NCBI RefSeq assembly: GCF_001194135.2
Contig: NC_068991.1
Span: 61,067,238-61,100,602, forward strand
Origin: Octopus bimaculoides
Lineage: Eukaryota
DNA: 33,365 bases
Reading direction: 5' to 3'
The position numbers and the translations under genes were made by a program. Shown piece after piece: positions 12,344 through 22,885 of this stretch (the first letter of the stretch is position 1; every line of letters starts with the position of its first letter). Below the pieces are notes generated by a model. The model saw only the letters and a program-made list of their open reading frames with translations. It was not told the origin of the DNA and searched no databases.

Positions 12344-12792
12344 GACTGGCACCTGTGCCAGTGGAGCACTAACAGCAATGTCCGAGCGTGATCATTGCCA
12401 GAGCAGCTGTCTGGCTTCTGTGCCAGTGGCACGTAAATAGCACCATTTGAGCATGATCGTTACCAGCGTCGCCTTACTGGCACGTTAGAAAACATTTGAG
12501 CGAGGTTGTTGTCAGTGCCGCTGGACTGGCTCCTGTGCAGGTGGCACGTAAAAAACACCATTTTGCGCGTTGCCGTTGCCAGTACCATCTGACTGGCCCT
12601 CGTGCCGGTGGCACGTAAAAGCACCCACTACACTCTGGGAGTGGTTGGCGTTAGGAAGGGCATCCAGCTGTAGAAACTCTACCAGATCAGATTGGAGCCT
12701 GGTGTAGCCATCTGGTTCGCCAATCCTCAGTCAAATCGTCCAACCCATGCTAGCATGGAAAGTGGACGTTAAACGATGATGATGATGATGGT
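12344..12792 (+). mobile_element. Family C SINE-like element with 4-5 tandem internal modules of about 60-67 bp and a (GAT)n tail
   Basis: Repeated gactggc..tgtgcc.gtggcacgtaaa..gcacc modules, then ggttggcgttaggaagggcatccagctgtag...gttaaacgatgatgat. Same 3' end as 3240-3406. Confidence 0.85.
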
Positions 12793-13427
12793 GATATCTG
12801 TACATATAAATATTTCATTCCATAATGGCTACCTCTGATGAGCGCAGGATTACATAGTCAGACTGTTACCTGACACTCTGCTGAACCGCTAGTGCAAAAC
12901 CAATTAGAAAAAATCAGCTGTAATGGATATATAATACTGCATGCTTCTTTTAATATATATATATTATAGTATTAATAAAATACCAGCATGGAAAGTGGAT
13001 GTTAAACAACAACGACGATGATGATGATGATAATAAAAATAGGAGATGGAATGTGTATTTGACTTTTATTAACTACAAGACATGATTCACCACTTTGAAG
13101 TTCCTGGAGTAAATCTACAGACAACAACAGGTAACTTAAACTGTGCCAGTGCTTTACTCATCATCTATTTATACATTTTTAAGAATTTTTTCCATTATAT
13201 ATACACACACACACACCCACACACCCACACACATATATATACACACATATAAATGCAAAAAAGGTGGAAAAAATAATACTGAGATACCAAAGTTAGAGTA
13301 AGCTTTAATAAAAGAAGTATTTATATTCTTTTATTCTATTATATGTTTCAGCCTTGGGGCTGCGGCTATGCTGGGGCACCACCATTGTAATCACCTTTTA
13401 ATTGGCCAATTCTATGGGTTTGGCTTT

Positions 13428-13628
13428 TGATATTGCTGCCCTCTTTTGAGTTTCCTGCCTTGATATTGGTTCATTAGGGATCTTGAATAGTAAGAGGTCA
13501 AGTTGTTTGTTGAAAACATCTACTCCCACTCCATGGAGATCCCTCAGGTGTTTTGGCAAGGAGTTAAATAGCTGTGGACCCTTGAATCCCAAGCTATTGC
13601 AGTACATGGTCCTCATAGAGCTGGCCCA
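13428..13628 (-). mobile_element. 5'-truncated non-LTR retrotransposon, ORF2 C-terminus (CR1/L2-like)
   Basis: The translation NSLGFKGPQLFNSLPKHLRDLHGVGVDVFNKQLDLLLFKIPNEP...RAA matches the recalled GPxLFNxLP...FKxxLDxxLxxIPDEP pattern at the end of CR1/L2-group ORF2. The clade assignment is tentative. Confidence 0.7.
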
Positions 13629-14065
13629 ATCATTAGCACTCAACACAAAATGCTTAGCAGCATGTTATCTATCTTCATGTTCTGAGTTCAAATCCTGCTG
13701 AGGTGAACTTTGCCTTTCATTCTTTTGGGGTCAATGAATTAAGTATCAGTGAAACATTGAGGTTGATATAATCAACAAGTCCCCTCCCCCAAAATTTCAG
13801 GCCTTGTGCCTTTAGTAGAAAGGATTATTATCATTATCAAGGTGGCAAACTGACAGAATTATTAGCATTCCAGGCAAAATGCTTAGTGGCACTTTGTCTG
13901 TCTTTATATTCTAAGTTCAAACACCACTGAGGTCAACTTTACCCTGTCATCCATCCAGAGTCAACAAAAGAAGGACCAGTTGAGCAAAGGGGGTGATGTA
14001 ATTGACTTACTCCATTCCCCTGAAATAGCTAGCCTAGCCTTGGGCCAAAATTTCAAACTAATGTT
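13620..14065 (+). mobile_element. Two head-to-tail family B SINE copies with tail T3
   Basis: B-box segments at about 13680 and 13910, and a caggccttgtgcctttagtagaaaggattattatcattatc junction at about 13800-13838. Confidence 0.85.
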
Positions 14066-14229
14066 TTAAAATTACTTGAAGCAAAGATAAAGCATTTCAA
14101 CAGAAATGTGGTAACAAACAGGTTATATGCACTAATATCTCACAGCTGCTTACACACATGGGCACGCGCATGTGCATGCAAATATCGGGTAGTAGATTGG
14201 TAGAACTAGGGTTAGAGTACCATGTGACA

Positions 14230-14420
14230 TTTAGCTGTGTTCTTCTATGTTTTGAGTTCAAGTCTGCCCAGGCTGACTTTGCCCTTCCTCTTTTCTGAGG
14301 TTGTTAAAAATAAAGTAGTTGTCATACACTGAGGCTGACATAATTAATTGACTATAACAATGGAGGTGGTGCTCAAACATTGCCACAGTTCAATGACTGG
14401 AACCAAAAAATAAAAAGGTA
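14230..14420 (+). mobile_element. Family B head joined to the family A tail T1
   Basis: ttttgagttcaagtctgcccaggctgactttgcc followed by ggtggtgctcaaacattgccacagttcaatgactggaacc. Confidence 0.65.
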
Positions 14421-15709
14421 AAACAAAAAAAAAAATACAAAAGAAAATCCAAAGAAAAAGAGAAGAATTCAGAGAGACAGAGAATGTTATCTGATCATAT
14501 CTGTATGGGAGGAGGTGAAGAATAATTATTAGAAATCTTGTTATATACTGATGAATTTATTCTTGCCCACAAATGGGAATCAAAAGAAATAAATAAATAC
14601 TAGAAGGAATAGATAAAGGCGCCTGTTTATTTGCTCTTGAAATTTGGAAGCATTAAAAGGGGTTTTGTTAAGAATATTTTATGAATGCTGTTGGAGTTTG
14701 AGAAAGTTAATGGCCCATAATATAGCTGACAGGCAAATCTGATTATCACAGCTGAATGGAGAATTTCCTTCTAATGGCTAGCAAAAGAACCTTAATGTTT
14801 TTCCAAATCACTGAAAGCGAAAAATCTTTGATGCCAAGAAACTATTGTATTGATTAATTATCTCCATGCCTGATAAGATTTTAATTATTATCTAATCTCT
14901 ACACAATTGGCATTCCTTATACTTTTGCTGAAATGAAAATCACAAATTTGTCATTTTACTACTGTAACATTAAAGATGGCAATTTATATGACACAAGATT
15001 CTGCTTTCTCAGGATGAAATATAATTGAAAAATTAGACATTTTAAATATTCATTTAAAATTGGACATCTTAAATATTCATTTGTCTCTCCATTAGCTTAT
15101 TTTCAAATTCTTCTTCTGCCTGCCCTCCCCCCCCCTCTCTCGCTCTGTGTCATGTGTTCTATATTTTTTATTTTCATTGCTGGAAATAAAAGATTTGTCC
15201 TTATCATAAATAAGCAAGACTCTTCTTTCCTGATTGTTCTAATTGAAGTTTGAAAAAAAAAAAAAATGGTAAGAAGAAAGATTTAAATAGAAATGGGCAG
15301 AAAGTATTTTATGTCCAGCTACAATAATATTCAATTAATGCTCACAGACTGGGGAAAGAAACGGCAAAGCTAAAATACTATGTGGGTGGTTGGGAGGAAA
15401 GAGAGAGAGAGAGAGAGATATTATTACTTTAGTGCATCGTAAATAAAAGTAAGTCAGAAAAATCTTTGTTTACAACTATTAGTTTTAAATAAGATATTTT
15501 ATATTTTAAAAGCATTAATTTACCTTTAATACAAAGAAAAAAAAACATTAAAAAAAAAAACCCCACATATATGACAAAATGTGTTAAAGTGAAAAACACT
15601 AAAACAGCGAAAGCAATTAATCGATAACTTGTCAGTGTATAAGGAGTGGAGAATCTCTCAAATACATCAATCTAAACAATTCTAAAACAATAATGATAAT
15701 AATAATAAT

Positions 15710-15921
15710 GGTTTCAAATTTTGGCACATAGCTAGCAATTTGGGGGAAGGGGTAAATTGATTACATTGAGCCCAGTGCTCAATTGGTACTTATTTTATCG
15801 ACCCTGGAAAGATGAAGACAGCCCTGGCAGCATTCAAACACAGAACATAAAGATGAACAAAATGCTGCTATGCATTTTACCTGGAGTGCTAATAATTAAG
15901 CCAGCTTGCCATCCTAAGGAC

Positions 15922-15954
<33 letters not shown>

Positions 15955-16876
15955 CTTTTCTACTATAGACATAAGGTCCAAAATTTTTGGGGAGGGGACT
16001 AATCGATTTCATTGATCCCAGTGTTTCACTGGTACTTAATTTATCGACCTCGGAAGGNNNNNNNNNNTAATAATAATCCTTTCTACTGAAGGCACAAGGC
16101 CCAAAGTTTTGGGAAGGGGGATAGTTGACTATATCGATCCCAGTGTTTCACTGGTACTTAATTTATCGAACCCCGAAAGGATGAAAGGCAAAGTCAACAT
16201 TGGCAGAATTTGAACTCAGAATGTAGCAAAATACCACTATGCATTTCGTCCAGCATGCTAACAATTTTGCCAGCTTGCTGCCTTAATAATAACAACAACA
16301 ACAACATTAATAATAATAATAATAAATGCCCGGATGCAGTACCAGGCAGTGGCTCTCATGGCTTCTTATCTTAACTGATTGGAAGTGTTGTTATGTACAT
16401 TGTTTTGTCTTCATGTAAAAGACGGGCTACAGCAAATATTCTGCTCAATAGCACAGATTTGCTTGTCAGTTGTTTGACCTTAACCAGTTGAGCATGTCCC
16501 TTAGTGGCTGACGATATGTGCATCTCTGATCATGAGCAGAAGTAGTGGGGGAGCATCATACTCATGTGTTGAGAGGAATTCTTTGGGGTTTGGATAATTC
16601 ACCTTTGGAAACAGGTGTTTCTTTCAACATCATTAAACAACCCCTATTCAGGGACTTAAGCAGGATGGGCTACTCGACCTGAAGAAAATTCTAACTGGGC
16701 CCCACCTGCAAGGTCATGTGCTGTTTATCTTGATATGAGATGACCATGTCGTGCACATATGGTTGTGATGCATGTACTTGGCCTACCCTTATCAGATGGA
16801 TAATTATGATGGGTATACTGGGTTTTGTATATTTTACCCCTGTGTCACTTTGATGACATGCACTGCTCTCTCACTC

Positions 16877-16913
<37 letters not shown>

Positions 16914-17310
16914 GTTTCAAATTTTGGTACAAGGCCAGTTATTTTGGGGGTGGGGTTGAGTCAATTACATAGACCCCAATGTTTGACAGGTACTTATTTT
17001 ATTGACCCTGAAAGGAAGAAAGACAAAGTCAACCTTGGTGAAGCTTCAACTCAGAACGTAAAGATGGATGAAATGCTGCTAAGAATTTTGCCAGCGTGCT
17101 AACAATTCTGTTAGCTTGCTGCCTTAATAACAATAATAAACATGATAATAATATAATGGTTCATTCTAGTTTACATACAAGGCAAGCAATTTTGAAGGGA
17201 GCGGGCAAGTCAATTATGTAAGTCCCAGTATTCAGCAGATGCTAATTTTATTAACCCTGGAAGGATGAAAGGCAATGCTGACCTCAGTGGAATTTGAACA
17301 CAGAACGTAA
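15710..17310 (-). mobile_element. Tandem array of five family B (tail T3) SINE copies in one orientation, each bounded by (AAT)n
   Basis: Copies at about 15710-15917, 15953-16057 (cut by a gap), 16078-16284, 16913-17125 and 17157-17310. All carry ggtacttat/tcgacccc/aaaggatgaaaggcaaagtc/ttgaactcagaac-like segments. Confidence 0.85.
16325..16876. mobile_element. Unclassified element of about 550 bp inserted in (AAT)n inside the SINE array
   Basis: Abrupt boundaries at (AAT)n on both sides and higher GC than the flanks. No tRNA-like boxes, terminal inverted repeats or long ORF seen. I recall similar sequence as an interspersed octopus repeat but cannot verify it. Confidence 0.6.
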
Positions 17311-18136
17311 TAAGTATATGAAGTATATATGACACTGAATCGAATTCTATAAGCTATATTGTGCTGCCTATCCTTGGTGCTACAGCTATCATTCTAACGC
17401 ACATATTGATTTCCTTATATGGATGTCACTAGATTAACAGAAAGTGGTTTCTGCTAAGAGACAAATACATGTGTGACATTCTCAATTCTCTCAAGAGCAT
17501 TATTAGTTACTAACCAAAGTGATTTGGTAAATTCATAAATTTGGGCTCAATCCACAAAATACTTAGCGCTACCTTACAGTGTCCAGCTAAACAACTTAAA
17601 ACCTAAAAATAATCATATATATATATATATATATATATATAGGAAAATGAAAAAAAGCCAGAATGCTAAACTGGAAGCATATTTTAATAAAGATTTCTTC
17701 TAACCGGTTTTCATTGCGAAAAGCAAATTATCAAGAAGGAGAATGAAAATGTTTTTTCACAAAGAAGTACAAAATGAAGAAAATAATATATAAAACAATA
17801 ATATATAAAAAAATAAATATACCCATACATTATATTGTCTTTGAGCTTTTGAAGTTCAATAGTAGTTCATGTATAAACTGGTAGGAAAAATAAGGATGCA
17901 TGAGAGTTGAGAGTTTTGTTAGGTTTAAAAAAAGGGTTAAAAGTTTGTGTTAAGCGTATATATATATATATATAATTTCTTAATTTCTTTAAAAATGAAT
18001 GTTTCTAATTTAGTGCATAACCTATCTTAAATTCTATATATTCTTCAGTATGACAAATGGTAAACAATTTGAGATGACTTCTTTCTAAGCTCATTATTTT
18101 GACAAAATATTTTTTTATTTTTTCCTGATTATACAG

Positions 18137-18250
18137 GTTCTGTTCATCTAATATGGACTTTCAGCTGTCTACAGTAGTTCCAAGTAAACATGTTTTGCAT
18201 TCTGCGAAAGACAGATTCAACAGCTACTCCCCACCACCATTCATAAAGAG
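18137..18250 (+). CDS. Candidate 114-nt phase-2/phase-2 exon (FCSSNMDFQLSTVVPSKHVLHSAKDRFNSYSPPPFIK)
   Basis: A T-rich tract precedes tacag|g, and only one frame is open. The donor AG|GTTATT is weak; an alternative donor is AA|GTAAAC at 18184. Confidence 0.3.
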
Positions 18251-18479
18251 GTTATTTTAATACCTGACTCAAATAACTAATTCTGCATTTTGGTGAATAT
18301 TGATTATGTTTTCCTATAATCCTTATTAAGAAAAACAACTCAATCTTTTAGCATTCCAAACTTGGTGTTACATACACCAAACTGCAGTTATTGAAGATTT
18401 ATTTTCCTGTAGTTCATAGAACATTGAAGGAAGGGCATTAAAGACAATCCAAGGTGCCAAAAATATCATTGAATTCAGT

Positions 18480-18800
18480 CTAAGAAGAAAGGTCACTTGG
18501 TGCTGTTTGAAGTACTAGGTCACTGAGTATAGTCTAATAAGAAAGGTCACTGAGTACAGCCAAATGAGAAAGGTCACTGAGTACAGTCTAAGACAGAGGT
18601 AAAACTATCATGTGCAGTCTAAGGTATAAAGAAGGTCATTCTGAACTGTTTAATGGCAAAGGTCACTGTGTACTGGAAAAGGTACAGTCGCAGATAAGAA
18701 AAAGGGTACAGTCGCAGATAAGAAAAAGGTCACTGGGTACAGTCTCGGATAAGGGAAAAGTCAATGTGTACAGGTGAAGACAGAAGAAAGGTCATTGTGC
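18480..18800 (+). repeat. Degenerate minisatellite, unit about 25-30 bp, consensus AGAAAGGTCACTGAGTACAGTCTAA
   Basis: AGGTCA occurs eight times between 18488 and 18794. There is also a near-exact ggtacagtcgcagataagaaaaag duplication at about 18681-18728. Confidence 0.85.
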
Positions 18801-19034
18801 ACGTATTTTGAAATGACTGACTTGGATTCAAAATTATGAGAAGGAAGAATGAGCTCAGAATAGTTAATATGGTGATCTAAGAGCTGATGATTTTGCATAG
18901 CAAAGCAATGGTCAGCAGAATAAAAGATTGGGTAAGAGGGTGAGTGAAAATGTTCAACAGGAGATTAGAGACAATATAGAGTAATACTGAAAAGAGAGAA
19001 GAAAAGAAGGAGGAAAGTTTGACAGAGAAGCGTG

Positions 19035-19080
<46 letters not shown>

Positions 19081-19855
19081 AGGGGGTATGTGGAGGGGTG
19101 TCTCGAGAAAGAAGATAATGTTGGAGATACATAGTTAATGAGAATAGATGAGTTGATGAAGATTTATAGAGTTAGGGCAATGTCGAGAAGCAAGAAAGGT
19201 AAGGATGAAGTTATGCCAGTTAATATCATATGGATTTGTGTACACACACACACACACACAAACAAGCATTCACACAGGCATACATTTATTGGAAGGTGAG
19301 GCTTCACTCTATTTCTGCTCTGAATTTACGCTTCTAAGTCTTCTCAGCAACGAAAACAACTAACTCAAAGCTTTAACTGAAGGAGGGTTTGGTGGTGGGG
19401 TTGTCTCAGTTTGAAAATGCATGAATAAATTCTATATCTGCTGAATGTTGATTTGACTTGTTTATAAATGTGCATATAAATGCAAACCTGTATACATACG
19501 CACGCACACATGCGTATGCAAGCATTTCACATTTAATATCTAAATCATAGAACAGAAATTATTTAACAATAAATGTTCCTCTGATACAAACAAGAGTGTA
19601 CCTGCTGATAATGGTTAACAATAGTGCCAATATATATTTATGTATATTTCTACCAGAAACATAATTATGTACACAGATGAAGTACATATGTATTTATTTA
19701 GATTTTCATTGGCACAGGCCTTGCCATATGATAAAGAAGGTTGCATGAAACCTTGTGTATTTTATACTATAGCTCCAGGCCAATGAATGTTTATGAGAAA
19801 ATGTGGTAGCTGGAAATTGTAGTAAGCCTGTCACACAGAGTGTATGTGTATGTAG

Positions 19856-19887
<32 letters not shown>

Positions 19888-21017
19888 NNNNNNNNNNNNN
19901 NNNNNNNNNNNNNNNNNNNNNNNNNNNNNNNNNNNNNNNNNNNNNNNNNNNNNNNNNNNNNNNNNNNNNNNNNNNNNNNNNNNNNNNTATATATATATAT
20001 ATAAACGTATATATATAATATATATAGAAACATATAAATATATATATAAACATATATAAATATATATATATATACACACACACACATGCACTCATACACA
20101 CAAGGAAGCCAAGATGAATCAGTAGCAGAGAGAGGGGTGGGGGTGGTTGTATAAATCAGAGATTAGTTTTTAGTGTTGTTTCATCAGAATTCATATAATG
20201 TTGTTCCAGTAACATTAGACAACTCCATATACCTCTTTTATATTTAACTAACACATGTAACATATAACCAATTTTATTAGTTGCTTTTAGCTGTTGTTTT
20301 TTTTGAAATTATTCCTAATGTTTTTTTTTTGTACAGATTCTACATCTCTTTCATGGCGCCTGCTTAAAAAGAATTTGTTTCTTTCTGAATTAGTCATCCA
20401 CCCACCATGCTTTTTTTCTCTTTTTACCGAATGCCCTTTGCTCTTTAATGGCTGCTTCAATCATCTTCATTGTTTGATTGCCTTTGTCATGTTCTTTCAC
20501 ACTACAGTTATATAGAACACATTCCATCTATTCTGATAACTTTCTAATTCTTGCATTCATTTATTTAGGTTTTATTTATTTATATATTTATTTATTTTGA
20601 AATTTAAAGCAATGAATCTGCCAGAGGCATCTTGATTCAGGCTGACCTTTAAAAAGCTTACAACTCTAAGCTTTTCCTTTCTCTAGTTAAAAAAAAAAAT
20701 ATTAAAAAATAATATTAAAAAAAAGAAAAAAAAAACGGAACCCATAGTACTGGCAAAACGAAGAAAAAGCTAGAAGTCTACCTTCACAGAAACAACATCA
20801 AAACACATTGCACCTAGTGGGTGTTTTGTTGGAAACATTCAGATGTTTCATTCATTCATTCAGTCAGTCAAAATGAGTTGTTGTCAATGTATTGGTAAAC
20901 TCTAGCAGTGTCCTCATTCCTTGTAGACAGAAGAACCGTCCCAACTTGAACATTGAAAAATCGATCGATTGTTTTCCATGTAAGATATTGATTGATTCAC
21001 ATATTCTTATAATAATG

Positions 21018-21058
<41 letters not shown>

Positions 21059-21059
<1 letters not shown>

Positions 21060-21270
21060 GTTCCAAATTTAGGCACAAGGCCAGCAATTTCAGGGAGGGG
21101 GTTAAGTCAACTACATTGGCCCCAGTATTCAACTGGTACTTATTTAATCAACACAAGGAGGAAAGACAAAGTCAAACTTGGCAGAATTTGAACTCAAAAC
21201 ATGGAAGTCAGATGAAATGCCGCTAAGCATTTTGCTCAGGGTGCTAACGATTCTGCCAGCTCACCACCTT
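21059..21270 (-). mobile_element. Family B (tail T3) SINE between (AAT)n tracts
   Basis: Full reverse copy, ggttccaaatttaggcacaaggcc...ctgccagctcaccacctt. Confidence 0.85.
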
Positions 21271-21271
21271 G

Positions 21272-21309
<38 letters not shown>

Positions 21310-21310
<1 letters not shown>

Positions 21311-21843
21311 CACTGGAAGCTATGTCAACACTATGGAATAACACCAGAAAAATGATGGTATAGGCACATGCCAGAAAAGGTCACAGAAAATTAGAAAACA
21401 ACAATACTATGGGATATGCAAATTCACACAGATAGAGAAATTAAGGCCAATAGGCCAGATATAGTTGTTAGAGATCATGAAGAAAAAAAAATGATTTCTA
21501 ATTGATGTATCAATACCAACAGATGACAACATTTCTCTAAAAGAAATGGAGAAACTTTCAAAATACAAAGACCTGGAAATAGAGGTAAAAACAGAAACAA
21601 TTCCTCTCATAGTGGGCACATTAGGTATGATAAAATATTCAGACAAGCACAAAGCAAAAACACCACAGCTAACAAATATATATAACATACAGAAAATAGC
21701 ACTACTAGGCACCACACACATCCTATGTAAAGCACTTTCAATACAGTAACCATAAGAGCCTTACAGCAAATTACAGCACATGCCCAAGGCACACAGAGCT
21801 CTGCTCGGTAGTGCAGTGAAAGCACGTTATAAAAATAAAACTA

Positions 21844-21846
<3 letters not shown>
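21310..21846 (+). mobile_element. 5'-truncated R4/Dong-clade non-LTR retrotransposon: restriction-like endonuclease domain remnant plus 3' UTR
   Basis: Translation HWKLCQHYG...ILWDMQIHTDREIKANRPDIVVRD...FLIDVSIPTDDNISLKEMEKLSKYKDLEIEV...IPLIVGTLG...IQKIALLGTTHIL*, with RPD at 21452-21460. It has two internal stops and one frameshift, with (AAT)n on both sides. Confidence 0.85.
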
Positions 21847-21882
<36 letters not shown>

Positions 21883-21886
21883 TATA

Positions 21887-22240
21887 ATCCTTTCTACCAC
21901 AGGCACAAGGCCTGAAATTTGGGGGAGGGGATAGTCAATTATATTAACCTCAGTACCACACTGGTACTTACTTTATCAACCTCAAAAAGATGTGTATTTG
22001 CATATGTATAAGTGTGTGGTTTGTGTCTGTTAGCCTTGACTTTACATGGTTGTTGCAAACGAATGTCTTTCATTTCCAGTATTCTGCACAAAAATGTGTG
22101 GCCATGAGGAAATATTACCTTGCTTGGAAACAGGTGAGGGCTGGTGGCAGGAAGGAATGTCCAGCCATAGAAAATCTGCTTTGAAAAACTCTATCCAAGC
22201 ATGGAAAAGTGGACATTAAAATGGTGATGATGATGATGAC
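21887..22240. mobile_element. Partial family B copy (minus, about 21887-21985) followed by a family D body and tail (plus, about 22005-22240)
   Basis: cctttctaccacaggcacaaggcctgaaatttggggg, then gaggaaatattaccttgcttggaaacaggtgagggctggtggcaggaagg...gatgatgatg. Confidence 0.75.
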
Positions 22241-22497
22241 GCTGCACATGTATGTAGTCTGGCTCTTTACTGTCTGCATACTCACTGCAATTCTCAATTG
22301 TAACAATAATGTTTTTTTTTACAAGGCTATACAACTTAAAAAGATGAATGTATTGAACTGAATGAAGTCAAGTATTCTAATATATATTTGATTATCCCTG
22401 GAAGGATTGAAAACTGTATGAACCCTAAAAGAAAGTGTATGAACCCTAAAAGAAAGGGAGTGTAAGATACTGTATAGCATCAAGACCAGATTTTCAT

Positions 22498-22885
22498 ATT
22501 TTTCTTTTACTTTTTCTTTCAGTCACTGGACTGTGGCCAAGCTGGAGCACTATTTCCTTGCAGGCTCTGATCAATCAAGCCGATTCCAGGACTTATTTTA
22601 AGTCTGGTACTTATTCTATTAGTCTCTTTTGACAAAATGCTAAGTTAAGGGGAAGTAAACAAACCAACTTCAGTTGTCAGGTGGTGAGCAAACACACACA
22701 CACACGCATATATGATGGGTTTCCAGGGCTTCCACACAACACAATTTTATGTCAGCGAGATTCACTCACAAGGCATTGGTTAGCCTGGGGCTATAGTAGA
22801 AGGCCCAAGGTGCTGCACAGAGCGGAATGAACTTAAAACCATGGCATTGCAAAGCAAGCTTCTTAACCACCCAGCCATATATGCA
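22498..22885 (-). mobile_element. Full-length family A SINE with tail T1
   Basis: Reverse head (gcaagcttcttaaccacccagccat), internal (CA)n and reverse tail (cagtcactggactgtggccaagctggagcac). Confidence 0.8.

Noticed and set aside
12344-12640. Repeat array superficially like CRISPR (also 18480-18800 and 25346-25685)
   Set aside because: The context is eukaryotic, the units are degenerate without unique spacers, and there are no cas genes.
12835-12922. CTGATGA followed by gaaaaaatcagctgta, reminiscent of a Penelope-type hammerhead ribozyme
   Set aside because: Helix I and helix II do not pair convincingly and the GAAAC junction is broken. At best it is a dead relic; an Infernal search would settle it.
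20338-20545. Acceptor-preceded open frame on plus, and a KKRKKAWWVDD string on minus resembling a LINE linker
   Set aside because: There is no good donor on plus, and the minus-strand similarity is too short with no flanking RT or endonuclease motifs.
20928-20980. 53-nt phase-2-in exon candidate (QKNRPNLNIEKSIDCFP) with GTAAGA donor
   Set aside because: It exits in phase 1, so it would break the candidate chain, and it has no independent support.
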